A stretch of 63,375 nucleotides of DNA, the filler included, from Octopus bimaculoides (lineage: Eukaryota), in assembly GCF_001194135.2 (NCBI RefSeq). It is 4 parts of 4 records of this genome, joined end to end, with 100 filler letters (N's around TTAATTAATTAA, not from the genome) between each part and the next. Parts side by side here need not be neighbours in the genome. Positions count along the whole stretch, not along the records: positions 1 to 14,891 come from NC_068994.1; positions 14,992 to 30,099 come from NC_068992.1; 2 more parts are not named here. One strand, 5' to 3'. The notes under the pieces were generated by a model. It searched no databases and had not been told where the DNA came from. It saw nothing but the letters and a program-made list of their open reading frames with translations. Numbering within the stretch: the first letter of the stretch is position 1; every line of letters starts with the position of its first letter. The translations under genes and the position numbers were made by a program. Below, piece by piece: positions 12,510-26,554 of the stretch.

Positions 12510-13480
12510 AGAGATACATCCTACAACATCTACAAAGTCAAACAGCACAATGCAGACAATGAGCCCCTTCTCAATTCTGATAAAGCTGATGTATACAATT
12601 TCGTTCTTGGAAACATCCTCTTAGATGCACCCAGTGAAACTAGAAAAACTTTCCCACTGAATCTTCTTGTGAAGTTGCAAAATAATGGTGACCTTGCTAT
12701 TGCTGTTGCCTCCTCAGGAATAGCCTCAACTCTTCTCGATGGCAGACCTTCAAATTGCCTTTCAAGGTAGCACATCAAGAAAACCAAACGTGCCACATAA
12801 TGCATTCCTTGGACGAAGTGACAATTTTGAAAAAGTGCAAACTCATTGTTTGGAATGAAGCAACTATGTCCCTGTCCCATAAATGTTCCCTACAAGCACT
12901 TCATACAACCATGAGAGACCTTAGATCAAACAGCAACATCCTTGGAGGTGCGACTCTACTTCTTGCATGAGATTTCCAATAAATTCTGCCTATTATATCC
13001 AAAGGGACACCCGCTGATGAACTTAATACAGCCTTAAAAATTTCTCCTTTGGCTGCATGTCCAATCAAAACAACTCACCATCAACATGAGATCATTCCTA
13101 CAGACTGGTCAGCCTACAAGCCAGTTTTCGGAAATGCTCCTTAAAATTGGCAATGGTCAAATTATATCCGATGACAATGGATACATTGACACTACCACCA
13201 TTGGCCACACTGTCTCCAGCCCTGATGACTTATGTTCTGCCGTTTACCCAAATCTTACAATGGAATACATAAAACCAGCTTGGCTTCACAACAGGGCTGT
13301 TCTTGCATCTACAAGTGCAGCTGTCAACACTCTTACCTATGACTTACTCAAGTCAGTTATCTTCTCAAGAACATTGTTACAGATCAGTTGACAATGTTAC
13401 CGACCTCAATCAGGTTACACACTTTCCAACAGAATTCCTCAACTCCCAAGATCCGCCAGGACTCCCACATTACAGGTTAC
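12510..13480 (+). mobile_element. Helitron Rep/Helicase (PIF1-family helicase) remnant, pseudogenised
   Basis: Split frames: LDAPSETRKTF (decayed Walker A LDAPGGTGKTF), AVASSGIASTLLDG, KLIVWNEATM, RDLRSNSNILGGATLLLA*DFQ*ILPI, LLKIGNG, FPTEFLNSQDPPGLPHYRL. Confidence 0.92.
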
Positions 13481-14200
13481 TAGCTGACCTTCTTAACATC
13501 TTATTACCTCCCCAAACCATCCCACTTACCACAGAGCATAATTTAACATCACATCACAATTTTAAATGAAATTACCCTGATTAACTGAACTATCTATTTA
13601 AAATTCTACATTGTACACCAGGGCATATAATCCTCTATAATATATTCACTTTAAAGCTAGATTGCCGACTCACATAACACGTTATATTTTTATTGATTTT
13701 TATTTATTTACTCTTTACCTTTTTTATTATTCTTTTATGTAGCCCATATATATACATTATGTTGTACTGACTTTTAAAAAGCATTCTTAGTTTTTAACAA
13801 GGGCATTATTTGTAATCATAGGGACTAACCTAGCAGTCACTAACAGCGTTATATATGACAATTACCAGCACCAGATATCTCCACCAGGTATAACACCGTC
13901 GGTCAACTAGTCATTTCCCCACTTACTGCTCCATTCCTCTAATTGAAGAAACATACATTCATGTGGAACCCAAAAAGTCACTAAAATGCAAGCCTAAAGA
14001 CTTAATGAACTATTTTCTTTTATCTTTTTGCCTTTCCTTTTCCTTTTATTTCCATTTTTCTATTTATATTCCTCTAAATCATTCTGACGATGTTTGTTAA
14101 ATGGAACAAGATAAAGGCAAATTTACTTCGATTTGATAAACAGAAACAGCTGTAAATGATTCTGAACTACAATTAAACTATGACCTTTTAATACCAATGA
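13480..14200 (+). mobile_element. 3' end and pLTR of a Penelope-like element
   Basis: Decayed GIY-YIG C-terminus (HNFK*NYPD*LN, cf. ...F.TL.P.GLN), then AT-rich tail ending in a hammerhead motif. Confidence 0.55.
14077..14161 (+). ncRNA. Apparently intact type I hammerhead ribozyme (Penelope-type, palindromic stem III)
   Basis: Stem I aatcatt (14077-83)/aatgatt (14155-61). CTGACGA at 14084-90. 12-bp stem II 14091-14102/14131-14142 with two G-U pairs. GAAA at 14143-46. C-AGCT-G, cleavage triplet GTA at 14152-54. Confidence 0.85.
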
Positions 14201-14363
14201 TCAACTTCTCATTGTTTATTATTGCTCCATTTCTTTTCTTTTCTATATATATTAAGCCACAGTTTTACCTTTAAATTACCAGCTATTGCATATCTTATAG
14301 CTAGGACTATACATAGTGAGGTAATGCACCAGTGGTTCCTACGGATACATTTATCCCTTAGAC

Positions 14364-14560
14364 CAGGGGTTTTCAAACTGTGGTCCGTGGACCACAGGGG
14401 GTCCGCAAAGACAAGACAGGGGGTCCACAAGGACAAGACAGGGGGTCCGTGGACAGCAAATACTTTATATGGGCAATTTGATTTTATATATATTTTTTAA
14501 TCAAAATCTTTTTTCTTATATTTTGTAAATGTAAGCCCATGAAATAACAGGTAAATAATT
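14364..14560. mobile_element. Truncated hAT-type MITE, same family as 54678-54967
   Basis: Starts CAGGGGTTTTCAAACTGTGGTCCGTGGACCAC. Internal GACAAGACAGGGGGTCC unit is duplicated. Second TIR not seen. Confidence 0.8.
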
Positions 14561-14891
14561 TTGTAATATATCCTAAAAGTCCCATCGATTAAAACAATTA
14601 AGTTGTCACTTGAGCATTGATCGTGTGTCAGGAATTCCATTCACATTAATTATGGTTCATGACAAGAAAAGTGGGAATTTATGTTTCTTTGCATTAAAGT
14701 ATTTGCTGAGTTATGACTGTTTAGTCAGATCCAAAGAAGCACACAGGTACTGTCACATAATTGTTAAATACACTTTGTTAATTTACACATCCAGTGAAGT
14801 TCAAATTATAACTTTTCAGTGTCTGAATATCTGATTTTTATTTTTTAATGTTCCTAAATGGCATAAAACCTACATTATCGCCCATTATACG

Positions 14892-14991
14892 NNNNNNNNN
14901 NNNNNNNNNNNNNNNNNNNNNNNNNNNNNNNNNNNTTAATTAATTAANNNNNNNNNNNNNNNNNNNNNNNNNNNNNNNNNNNNNNNNNNNN
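14892..14991. other. Artificial contig/scaffold spacer
   Basis: 44 N + TTAATTAATTAA (stops in all six frames) + 44 N. Same structure recurs at 30100 and 47651. Confidence 0.95.
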
Positions 14992-14997
14992 ATATAC

Positions 14998-15028
<31 letters not shown>

Positions 15029-17099
15029 GACGGTGTGCTCATGTGTGTGTAGATGAATCTCATTCTCCCTGTACCACTTATATTTATTCCATCAACGGTC
15101 TATAATTAGCGAAGCTCGTGATATCTCCTGATGAATTGCGATAACATTGACTTACATAAATTTGATTTTAGGTAAAATTACATTAAGTACGACTTCATTA
15201 CGTATATTTGGAGATAATGACGTGTATCTCTAATGAAGCATATCTTAAAAGCAATTAGATTACGATCTGTGCTTGAGATTTAAGCTTTTCTACATATCGT
15301 TAGAAATATATGCTACTCTTAAGGATTCTTTTAGCTGACCATGTAGATACATATAAGTCTACACCAAGTAATTTGCGGCCATGTTATCACATGTTTTGTT
15401 GACCTATCACAGAGAGGATTCTTACGTGGAAACTTCTTCGTGTTTGATTCCTGAATTCTGCATACATGCATGTATGTACATATGTATGTATGTATGTATA
15501 TGTATATATGTGTGTGCGCATGTATGTATATATATGTGCCTGTATACATATATATNNNNNNNNNNNNNNNNNNNNNNNNNNNNNNNNNNNNNNNNNNNNN
15601 NNNNNNNNNNNNNNNNNNNNNNNNNNNNNNNNNNNNNNNNNNNNNNNNNNNNNNNNNNNNNNNNNNNNNNNNNNNNNNNNNNNNNNNNNNNNNNNNNNNN
15701 NNNNNNNNNNNNNNNNNNNNNNNNNNNNNNNNNNNNNNNNNNNNNNNNNNNNNNNNNNNNNNNNNNNNNNNNNNNNNNNNNNNNNNNNNNNNNNNNNNNN
15801 NNNNNNNNNNNNNNNNNNNNNNNNNNNNNNNNNNNNNNNNNNNNNNNNNNNNNNNNNNNNNNNNNNNNNNNNNNNNNNNNNNNNNNNNNNNNNNNNNNNN
15901 NNNNNNNNNNNNNNNNNNNNNNNNNNNNNNNNNNNNNNNNNNNNNNNNNNNNNNNNNNNNNNNNNNNNNNNNNNNNNNNNNNNNNNNNNNNNNNNNNNNN
16001 NNNNNNNNNNNNNNNNNNNNNNNNNNNNNNNNNNNNNNNNNNNNNNNNNNNNNNNNNNNNNNNNNNNNNNNNNNNNNNNNNNNNNNNNNNNNNNNNNNNN
16101 NNNNNNNNNNNNNNNNNNNNNNNNNNNNNNNNNNNNNNNNNNNNNNNNNNNNNNNNNNNNNNNNNNNNNNNNNNNNNNNNNNNNNNNNNNNNNNNNNNNN
16201 NNNNNNNNNNNNNNNNNNNNNNNNNNNNNNNNNNNNNNNNNNNNNNNNNNNNNNNNNNNNNTATATATATATTTATATATAATAATAATATTAGGGATAT
16301 ATATATGTATATATACCGGTGAGTGTGCAAATTAAAGTAGTGCACTTAACCAATTTATTGCGTGTTACATGTATCGAGCAAATCAGTTTGATTCAAATGC
16401 GTTGGTATACTTGAGTTGCAAGCACGATGCTAGTAGTCAGCCGCTTTGAATTTGAGTGACAGAAGTCGATTGTTACAGCTTTAATGTGGGCTGCGATTCG
16501 TCGAGGAAAATCACGCGCTATCGTGGTTGGATGTTGGTGTATGGGTAACGTTCAATTGGAAAATACTGTATGGCGAACAGGAAATTAACAGTGTGGAAAA
16601 CTGGAAACAAGCTAGAAGTCGGTCAGGTGGCTGGGAGGAAGTAGGAAGCGGTGGAATGTGAAAGTGCATGTGGGTGTGCTGACATGCTCATATAGTTTTG
16701 TGTGCACGTATATATTGATGTAACTGTCCGCATCTGTACAATGTTGCACACGCGTACTTTGCACATACACATACATACACGTACACAAGCTTAGATGAAA
16801 CGGCACGCGTGCATACGCACACATATACACACGCTTACGCCACATGCACACGCTTACATGCATACACATTTGCGTATTCATTCATATGTACATAAGTATA
16901 ATCTAATGCATGTACGCATGCATACCATTGTGCGCGCACACACGTATAATCATGCACATGTGCACGCTCGTACGCGCGTGCGCAGGTATACACGTACAAA
17001 AGAAGCTTTGGGGAATGATAAGTGTTGGGAATTGCTAAGTATTGGGTGTTGGTGTGTGATAGGAGCTGGTAAACGTTAGGGATTGGTAAATTGCCATCC

Positions 17100-17380
17100 T
17101 GCTCACCGCGTTGGTGAATATCGGTGACCTTGGTGCAAGCAGTGCAGAGTAGCAGATGGTGCTAAGGTGGTATATCCTGATGGGATATCCTGTCGAATAC
17201 AGTTCACTCGATCCTGGTATTTCATCTGGGAGATCACAGAGTCTATAGAGAAATCGAGACATAGTAGTAGAGTTTTCTCTATCGATGGATCTGACCGAGT
17301 GTTTATGCTGTACGTATCTTCCCTTGAAGTCGTTCGCAGTCATCCTAGTAATGTCACTACATAATTTCCTCCACAATTTT
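17100..17380 (-). mobile_element. Penelope-like GIY-YIG endonuclease fragment
   Basis: Minus frame RMTANDFKGRYVQHKHSVRSIDRENSTTMSRFLYRL resembles the PLE pattern YIGMT..FK.RY..HKHSF....KNST.LS..IW.L. Confidence 0.65.
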
Positions 17381-19501
17381 AGGTTGGCATAAACTTATAC
17401 AAGAAGAACGTTGTTCAAGAATCTACAAACTAAGATCGAATATTTGACAAGGGGAACGCGTAGGCGAAGTTCCTTAAATAGGCCTTCGTCATGGGCCCGT
17501 ATACACACACACACATGTACACACACCCATATGTATATGTATATAAGCATAGACATATATGTATATATATGTATGTATATATATGTGTGTGTGTGTGCGT
17601 GTGGTGTGTATGTATGAATAAATGTATATGTGTGTTACATGCATATATAGGCATGAATTTATTTTCTCGAACGGTTTGGATGATATTCAACCCCACATCT
17701 GCTGGGTAGATATACTTTATTCATTGATTAACAACGTTGCCAAAGTATTTATGAGTAACATAATTAAAAAGTGCTAAAATTTACAATGTGGATATAGGAA
17801 CAGGAAATTTAGGAATTCTAGTCCATAGTTACCCTGATTTTTTTTTTTGAATTTCAGATATTCACATCAGTAGGATGTGAATTGTATATACTTTTACTTG
17901 TCCGTTACAAAGAAAACAATTTCTTCAGACGCTCATTAGATATAACAATGTTACAATTGCAGCAAAAGTCTGAACTGGTGATCATTTCGTTGCTAATATT
18001 TGCTTCACATATAAACTTGCAGCCCCGAAAAAAATTAATCATTCTATCATAATCAAATTCTTGCATTTAATTCGCTGTAGATGGCCAATAAGCACAGCTC
18101 GGCAATTATTCCCTTGAAGTCAAATACAATCAGTCTCAGGAGGTGTCTTAGCTTGTAGTTCGGAGTACAACCTATATTATATCATGCATAGACCTTCTGA
18201 CCAACCCATCTCAATCACTGACTTTCATATTCTATCACAGCCTTATTTCACCACCTCAGGTAGTACATTAGCAGTTAAACTCTAATCTATATTCCTCAAT
18301 AACTTTCAAATGTAAAACCAGATGAACATATACACAAATGCATTGATTTTATTATTAGATTTAGATCATTTATATTCTTCTCCTCACATATACGTCTTTC
18401 AATTCTATATACTTCACAAAGGTTTTGAAGTGACATACAGCTATTATTATTCATTAAAAGACATAATAGAAATTTACTGTATCCTAAGAAACTACTTTTA
18501 CAGAAAGTTTATCCTTCAATCTCTTTGCATTGTTAAAGTTATTACCGTCGAGAGAAAACATTCAACAACTTCAGTGCTTCTAGACTTCATTTATTTTCTA
18601 ATGTTCACCTTTTTCAAGACCGGATTTTGAAGACTCTTTACCAGTATATCTTAGCATCTGTGAATTCTTGTTAGTTCGTAGCTTATTTTGGACTGCTATC
18701 TGCGCACAATTCACTACTCTCTGTCATCATCCTGTAGTACAATGAATCACTCAAGATCAAACTATTAAGGATATGGAATAATTAACACTTATTTCATGTA
18801 TCTAAGTACAATATACGTATAATCCCTTCCAACGAATAGACTTAAATCTTCTATTGCATCTGATTTATAATAATGTTATCCTAGTCAAAATCTTTCGGTG
18901 TTACATGATAGCTACAAATATTAACGTTCATTGTACTTCTTACACGCAACATATACTTTGACTTGTAAGGAACGAAGTGGTATGGCCACAATGACCAGTG
19001 AAGCCTCATCTCTCAGAGATAGCAGCGTTCTCAGTTTTTGCTCTTCGGTTGTATTTTCGTCTCAGAGCTGAGACTATACTCCCGATAGCTAATATTATTT
19101 TTTACACGAAGTTATATGAGCATTTTCATAGACGTTTCCATTCCTCTTTTCAGACTTTGTTCTTTTCTATGCAATTATGCTATGCCTTTTTCATTTAAAA
19201 AAAAAAATATTTGCTTTCATTAGAACGTCTGCTTGCTGTGTTTTACAGACAATCAGTGTCCGACACATATGTACAAGTTAAATAAAGTATACATTCACGA
19301 TTTTAAGATGCATATCTCTAGCTGCAGAAAAATGACGCGATGAACATACTTAAAACATTTAATAATTTCAAGCACATGCAATTTAAGACTTTACACTTTC
19401 TACGATATATATCTGAATCATTCACACGCGCGAACACACACACACGCACACAGACACACACACATATACACACACTCACACACACATATACTCACACACA
19501 T

Positions 19502-19541
<40 letters not shown>

Positions 19542-19554
19542 ACACACACACACC

Positions 19555-19740
19555 CGCACCCGGCCTAGTGGTTAGGAAGTTACTCTCATGAACCTTTGAT
19601 CATAGTTTCGATTCGTAGAATGGCAACAGGCTGAATTTCCGTGCAGGGGAATTGTTGCTCGGCCTGATTAACGAGCTGGTAAGCTAGAATCAATCGAAAC
19701 CTCTAGTAATACAATGAGCCACGTTGCGACCAGCATTGTA
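19555..19740 (+). mobile_element. Diverged tRNA-derived SINE head
   Basis: GGCCTAGTGGTTAGG (A box) ... TAGTTTCGATTC (B box). Confidence 0.5.
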
Positions 19741-21199
19741 TAATAGGTAAAGTCTATGCAATAATGTGTGTGTGTGTGTGTGTGTGCTGTATGTTCATCC
19801 ATATTCAAATTTAATTAAAGATGTAGTTCCCTGTATATATCCAGTTCTGATACGAATTCTCGATCCTTTCTGTATATTTGACGATTCTTCTTTCCTTGCT
19901 TTTCGATATAACAAAGTTAGCTTGAGGCATTTCACTCGATATAGCCAGTCACTTTGGTTGGTTCAAGAATATTGATGTGAACCGTTCTCATAGAACTTCA
20001 CGATAGTTGTAGTATGAAAATCCATTACTCGAATACTGACTTATATTCTAACGGTTTTAGTTCTTGGTTTGTTTTCCTAAACAGTATTATTGCACATATA
20101 TATACACACTTCCTTTCACTCCTCTCGCTCACTCCCTCTATCTTTCTATAACACATTTAGTAGATCACATTAAAGAGTACATTATACTGTCTCATTTGCC
20201 TAACATTTCTAAGATATTATGAACATATATATTTTCACATCTAAATATACTGAATGGTGGAATTTTATGTAGAATATTTTAAAATATGAAATAGTTAGAA
20301 TACACATAATTGTAGCCTCTTTAATTAAATGAATATGCATCTAGCTAACAGGAAGTAAATATGTACGCAATATAAATACTAGATTGAGAGTTATAAGGTT
20401 GTTGACATTCTGGACGAAAATATCTTAACTTTTTATGCATTTAAACAACTAGGATTCGGTATCCGAGGTATCTGAGGCAATATATTTATTGTAAAATCTC
20501 CTTATTCATTTATTTAAATATATCACATTTTGCGATTTGCAAATACCTAATTATAAATCAACATCTGATGTAAAAATAAAACAAATATACGCAACATTGC
20601 ATCAGCCGTTTTGCTTGCAGAGGATTCAGTACGTATGAGGCTTGTAAGCTCCTCGATAGCGTTCAGATTGGTGCTGTTAATCTTGTTATTAAATTTACAG
20701 ATCAATACACGCAGGCACAACCTAAGGAATGACATTATTCCAAAAGTCAAATTCCTTATGTGGGATGTAGAGTAGGTAGCGGATAATGTGGAATTCACTG
20801 GTATGGATGCAAGGATTCGAGATGTTAAGGCAAGTGGGTTGTGGATACTGGCAATTAGATACGCTTATAGTAAAGATAAAAGTGACACAAAGATTATACC
20901 ACACCTGTAATCCAAAGCACCCAGTGAGACTTTTAGCATCTTGATGTCATGCAATTCGCCAACAAATGATAAAACATTTTAAAATGTATGTTATATAACA
21001 AAATCGAATGATTAAGATGAAGTGATGGACGGATATGACCCCACAAAGGACATTTCACCACTGAACCATTTAAAGAACCTTTATGTCCTCCTTTCCGATG
21101 GCACATTCACTCTAAACATGTATCCCGCTTTCTTCCATCTTTTGTCATATATATTTAGTGGCAACCTTACTTTTTTGTTCTGGTGTTGGGAAACAAAAT

Positions 21200-24100
21200 G
21201 CTTACGAACCCTCGGTTATAGATGAAGTCGACTGTCACTACTCCTTTCATAGGAGACTTCCACACAATCCCTTCCGCAATCGCAACTGTAGCGAGAAAAC
21301 AGAACTTCCATACCCCTCTCAGAGAGGGCGGTGGAACAACTTTTATAATTGACTTGGAAGACAGATGTACACTTCCTAAACGGCACAGCAGCTGTTCAAC
21401 ATAAATTCACAAGTCGGATATTTTCGGACATGGCAAAATAGCGTGCACAACAGTTTCAATGCTCTGCTCCCATCTCGGCTGGCATGAAGAGCCGTGTCTG
21501 GCGAGTTTATATCGAACTGGTAAGGCTCCCCGGTAACATTGCCAAGCAAGAGACTTTTGGAAGTTGCCCAAAGGCCCCGGCCCGATTGTCCTTCAGAAAA
21601 AAATGTGCAAGATGACCTTCGTCAAATCCCTCAATTTTCCGTAGAACACGTCACACTTAGCCTCTACTAACCCTCTAGAGAATAACAAGGTGGGACTCTC
21701 GCCACCGGCATTACACGTGCGAGAGAGAAGCGCAAGATCCTGCAGACATTCGGCCAAAGATGTCTGAGCCTCAGCGAATGCCTGCGCATCATTAACCATG
21801 GCATACCTAGCCCACCATTTAGCGTCAGTTGGCAGCAGATAGAGCGCCTTACAAGTGCTCTTTTCTCCTTCCACATAAAGCGAAAGGGCAACCATTACAA
21901 CTTCCTTAGCCACGAATCAGGACAAGGCCCGACGGTTAGGTGGTAGATGATCAAAGATGCGATCAATATATTTGCGACCTCTGCTCTCCCTTTCAGGGAT
22001 AACCACCGCTCAAACGAGGTCTGGGTTAGGTGAGTCACAAAAGTCGTAACCTCGTTACAGTTCTTCTCTATTTGGAAGTCTTCACCGAACCAAACCCCAT
22101 GCATTTTAACCGGACCGTCTGTCCAACGTCCCACGACGCTATTGAGCGGCATCGACTTGTCCCACCATGTGCCGAGTTGCAAGCCGACTTATTTATGACG
22201 ATTAATTTTTACTCCTCGTAATCTTTAGTGGCCTTACCTACCCTTTGTAGGTGTTACACCTCGGACACGATGATGGTGAAGTCGTCCGCATACGCTGTGA
22301 CCGATTTTCCACATCCAGGATCATGCGGGACAACCTTCATACACTCCAGCTTTTGCACTAAATGCAGAGCCAAAACATACAGAAGCGGGGAGAAGGGATA
22401 TCGTTGACATACCGAGCGCTTGATGTAGAACGGTTTCGAGAAGATGGAATCGATGTTGCTATATAGAGCAATGAACCACTCACGGACGACCAGGACAATT
22501 CCAACCGTGGTGAGGACCGACATCAGATACCGATGATCAACCCCGTCAAAAGGTTTAGATTGGTCTAAATGGACCAAAGCTCCACCCTTGCCAGGAATCC
22601 TATTAACCCCATCTAAGGTATAGCATATAAGGCGGTGATTCTCTTGTATGTACCTGCCAAGAATGGGGCAATTTTGTTCCTCCCCGAGGAGTCCATCCAC
22701 TACCCACGCCCAAAATTTTGCTAATACCTTTGGTCAAAATCTTCAACTCTACGTTAAGAAGAGGAATGATGGGCTGAAAATTATCTACTCTATCCCATTT
22801 GCTTGTGACTTTTCTTAGCAGAGCCACAACCCCCGATTCACAGATCTAGGTATAAATCTATTCTGCTGCCAGTTGGTGTAGATGCATGCTAGTAGGTGAC
22901 CAAACAAGTCTTGCATACTATAGTATAACTCATAGGTTAGACAATCCGGTCCGGCGACTTGTCCCCACTGCAATCCGACAAAGCCTCCTCCACTTTCGCT
23001 GCTGTGATCAATCCTTCCCAGAGACGCGGCAAACCGGTGAGAGTTTGCATGAGGTCCTCCTTACCGTTCAGTCTACAGTTCCACCGGAACAGCTGGGCGA
23101 AAATCTCTTGAAAAACCTTACGCATCTCCTTGGGTTCGTTTACCGAACGCTCATGTTGATCCGACAAAGACCTTATTATTACATCATTGCCACGCTGTGT
23201 CTCTTCCAAACGGGCCCATCCGACAGGGTTGATTACGTCACGTCGCATTTCTCCTCCGTGTTTAGCTTCGAGGTGTTGGTTTACCGCCAATCTCGTGGCT
23301 AAAAGTTAGAATGCACTGACAGTCCTCAATACCCCGTCTAGAGCCGTAACTAGTTCCCTTTCTATCCTATTCTTCTTACTGCTAGTTATTGATAAACCTA
23401 ATAGACTCAAACGAGATGGCTTTTTTGAAGGCTTACCACTATTTGTTATGAATAATAGATCTGGTTATGCCCTCTTACTAATTGCCTAATCCGTCTCCTG
23501 TACTCCTCACAAGCCAAGGGTGAACTGTTGAGTTTCCGGTAGTCAGGACCCTGTTTACATGCTCTATCTAAATTAAGCCTACAGGTCACAAATTTGTGAT
23601 CACTGTAGCAGGCATAATGAAATTGTGGACACCTGGCTAAGTCTTTATCTTTGCACCTAAATATAATCCTATCTAAGTAAGATTTAGGAGGCCCGTTGCT
23701 TTTAGACCATATCAACAATAGCACGTCCGGGAATTCTAGTCTGTATCCATATGCCAGCTGAAAACGACTGAGCAGATCGCTTAGTCATGAGTTATCCCCC
23801 CACCAATCTGGGTTCGAGGCAACATAGTCAATGCGTGTATCGCAGATTGTGTTAAAGTCTCCTAACGACATTACAGTATGTGACGTTCCTAGAAAGATCT
23901 CAAAGCTTCGAAAAATGTCTGACTGCCACAGTTTTACAAGGAGAATAGACAACAACCCACTTGGACTTATCACTGCGTTCATCACATCCGAGACAACCAT
24001 CTTGCATTCTGGGTCAATAAAAGTTGTTCTAATTTCTAACGCCAGATTGTTCCTTAGTAGAACCGTGACGCCTACCCTAGGCTGACATGGAGAAATGAAT

Positions 24101-25060
24101 TTCTCGTAGTCATTTTAGATGGGTGAAAACATTAGCGATCTCCACTCTCTGGTTTCTAAAATTACAAGATCCAACCTATGCGACCTGAGATCGTCACGGG
24201 GGCGACCTTGCTTCCTGACCGATCACAGGCCGCGTACATTTACGGAACCTACCTTAAGGGAGAACATAAAGTGTTACCTTATTAGAAGAGGGTGGAACCC
24301 TCCTCCTCGTCTTTGGTCTGTGGAGCACTTCGATGAGTTAGTGATATGATGTTAATGATAATTTTTTCCTCTGAGGAACTACGTCATCCAGGAATGCCAT
24401 TTTTACTCCACGATGCTGTTTTCTATCAATGAAAATGAATTTGAGGTTCTTTGGAATGTCCTTGTTTGTGGGAGTTTCGAATGGTTGGAAGGAATTTGTG
24501 TCTCTCAAGCTCTGTGATTGTGGCATAGTACGCCAAAATAGGACGTGCTTTGGGGGGAGAGCGTTGTGGAGTTTAAAAATCTCGTCTGCTTGCCTGTGTG
24601 TTTTTCTGTGAGGCAGGGGTAAGATTAATGTTAGATGTGAACGGTAGGTGTTAGGGTTTGTAGGGTAGGATGAGGACTAGTGTCTGTGGTTGTCGGACGA
24701 GGATTTTTCCTTTTTTGTTCGATACCACCTGCCAATCACTGACGACGATTTCTTAGTAAGGGCTTCAGTTCTCTTCATTTTGCTTGGTTACTCAGTATCT
24801 TTCCTTTTCTCTGCAACTAGTCTCGCAGAAGCTGGCCTCGCAAGAGGTGGATGGGTGGCACTTTTCACGGCTAGTAGGAACTCTGGTGCTTTTGGTGGAG
24901 GACACTTTGCTCTTATGGGGCCCTTCTGGCCATACTTGAAGCATGGCGACTCTTTGCCCTCGTCCATAACTCTAAATTTCCTAACGTCTACCACCAGTTT
25001 GGTGTCAACAATCTCTTCATGTCTTTGTCGTCATAATGTCTCAGAGAGTCCTCCATAATC
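21200..25060 (-). mobile_element. L1/Tx1-clade LINE, near full length, heavily disrupted (ORF1 zinc knuckle, APE endonuclease, RT, C-terminal Zn motif)
   Basis: CFKYGQKGPIRAKCP (decayed CCHC, 24788-24994). LGDFNTICDTRID, YLDRI, YSDHKFV (APE). NFQPIIPLLNVELKILTK, ALVHLDQSKPFDGVDH, SVCQRYPFSPLLYVLAL, AYADDFTI (RT). LSLKGRAEVAN. Decayed C-terminal ...EQSIETVVHAILPCP near 21430-21480. Confidence 0.92.
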
Positions 25061-25689
25061 TACTAACATGTCAAGGACCAACGTGAAAGCAACCTGGGTA
25101 AACTTGACAATCGCATTTTATCCAAGCACCCAAATGACCCAACACTCAGACAAATATAAGAGTACGTCCTCATAAATGAAACATCCGCAGTACTAACTAG
25201 GAAATATATGCAGTAGGTAGTCAAACCCCTATACCATCCGTTCATTTGATTATATACAGGTAGAATAGTTAGTAGGCTGTTATATAGATGTGTGTATGTA
25301 GGTGTAGGGTGCGTGTGTGTGTTATGTATATATGCGTGTGCACCTCTGTTTCCTTGTGAGTGTATGCGCACGCACACTGACCTACACACATGTGTACAAA
25401 CAAACAAAAAGAAAGCAACTCGGATAACAGAGTCAACGACTATTAAAAAGGTTGCAAGACGCAACAAAAATTTCAGAGAAAGTAAATAAATGGATGGATA
25501 TCAAACTGGTGTGTTAAATTATAAGGCACTAAAGGAGAATGACTCACTCCAGACACAACGATATATGCTTCAATACACGAACTCACATAAATGATCTTGC
25601 AAACCAAATCCAATATATATATATATATATTTATGGACAGCATTTTTTATCGTTGTTTTATCAAATATGTGTAGAATATTCTGCCAAAT

Positions 25690-26430
25690 GAATCTGGCAT
25701 CACGAATGTCTAGGTTTGGTGGATGACATGTTTTCTGACATCTGATGAAACGTCTATCACGCCGATCACATGAGAGGAAAATGTGACATTACTGGAGACA
25801 GAGCAACTGTGGTTACCTTGAATATTTCCTCAACCAGGATGAGTGTTGCGTTGATCACTTTGAGCTAGAAACGAGACAATCCATGCAGTGGTATCCCCCC
25901 GCTTCATCTTCTCCAAAGAAGGCTTCGATCGTTTCATCTGCAGGAAAGGTGATTGCCTCAGTTTTGGAGGAAGGCAAAGGCATTGTGTTTCTTAACTATC
26001 TTCAAAAGTGCCATATTATCAATAGAGAGTACTTTGCCAATTTTCTGAAACAGTTACGAAAGACTGTCAGGTCTTATTTAATCTGAACAACGCTCCATCA
26101 CACAAGTCTGGTTTCAATGTCTGTTGTTTGTATACATCACTTTTATCACCTTCTCTGCCCTACGTATTAAGCACCATCTGACTATCATCTGTTCCCAACA
26201 AGAAAAACAACTTGGCTGGGAACCATTATTGGAGTGATGATGACGTCATATCTGCTCTTAATGAGTGATTTAACCAACATGGTCTAAGCATGCTCACCAA
26301 TAGGATCGAAGCACCGCAACACCGATAGATAAATCGTGTTGATAACAAAGAGTACAATATTAAAAAAATAAAACTCATTTAGTCACATTCCATGAAACAG
26401 CCATGGACCTTTCAGCCGACTCTCTTATTT
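25690..26430 (+). mobile_element. Mariner transposase remnant
   Basis: QSMQWYPPASSSPKKA...SAGKVIASV...KGIVFLNYLQK..INREYFANFLKQLRK, plus decayed HDNAPxH and APSDYHLFP. Confidence 0.88.
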
Positions 26431-26554
26431 ATTTGAATGTCAGTTTATGCTTTGAAATTCTCATTTTACTACACTTCTTCATTTAGTGTAAATTTTGGAA
26501 ATTCAACTCTTGTACTTAATCATATTTTCTTTTATCGTTTACGTTTACCAATCA

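Noticed and set aside
14936-14947. TTAATTAATTAA as a biological motif (also 30144 and 47695)
   Set aside because: Centred in exactly 44+44 N each time, so it is an assembly linker.
20547-20904. Hydrophobic ORFs resembling a GPCR or ligand-gated channel fragment
   Set aside because: No recognisable family motif, frames are interrupted, and no consistent exon chain.
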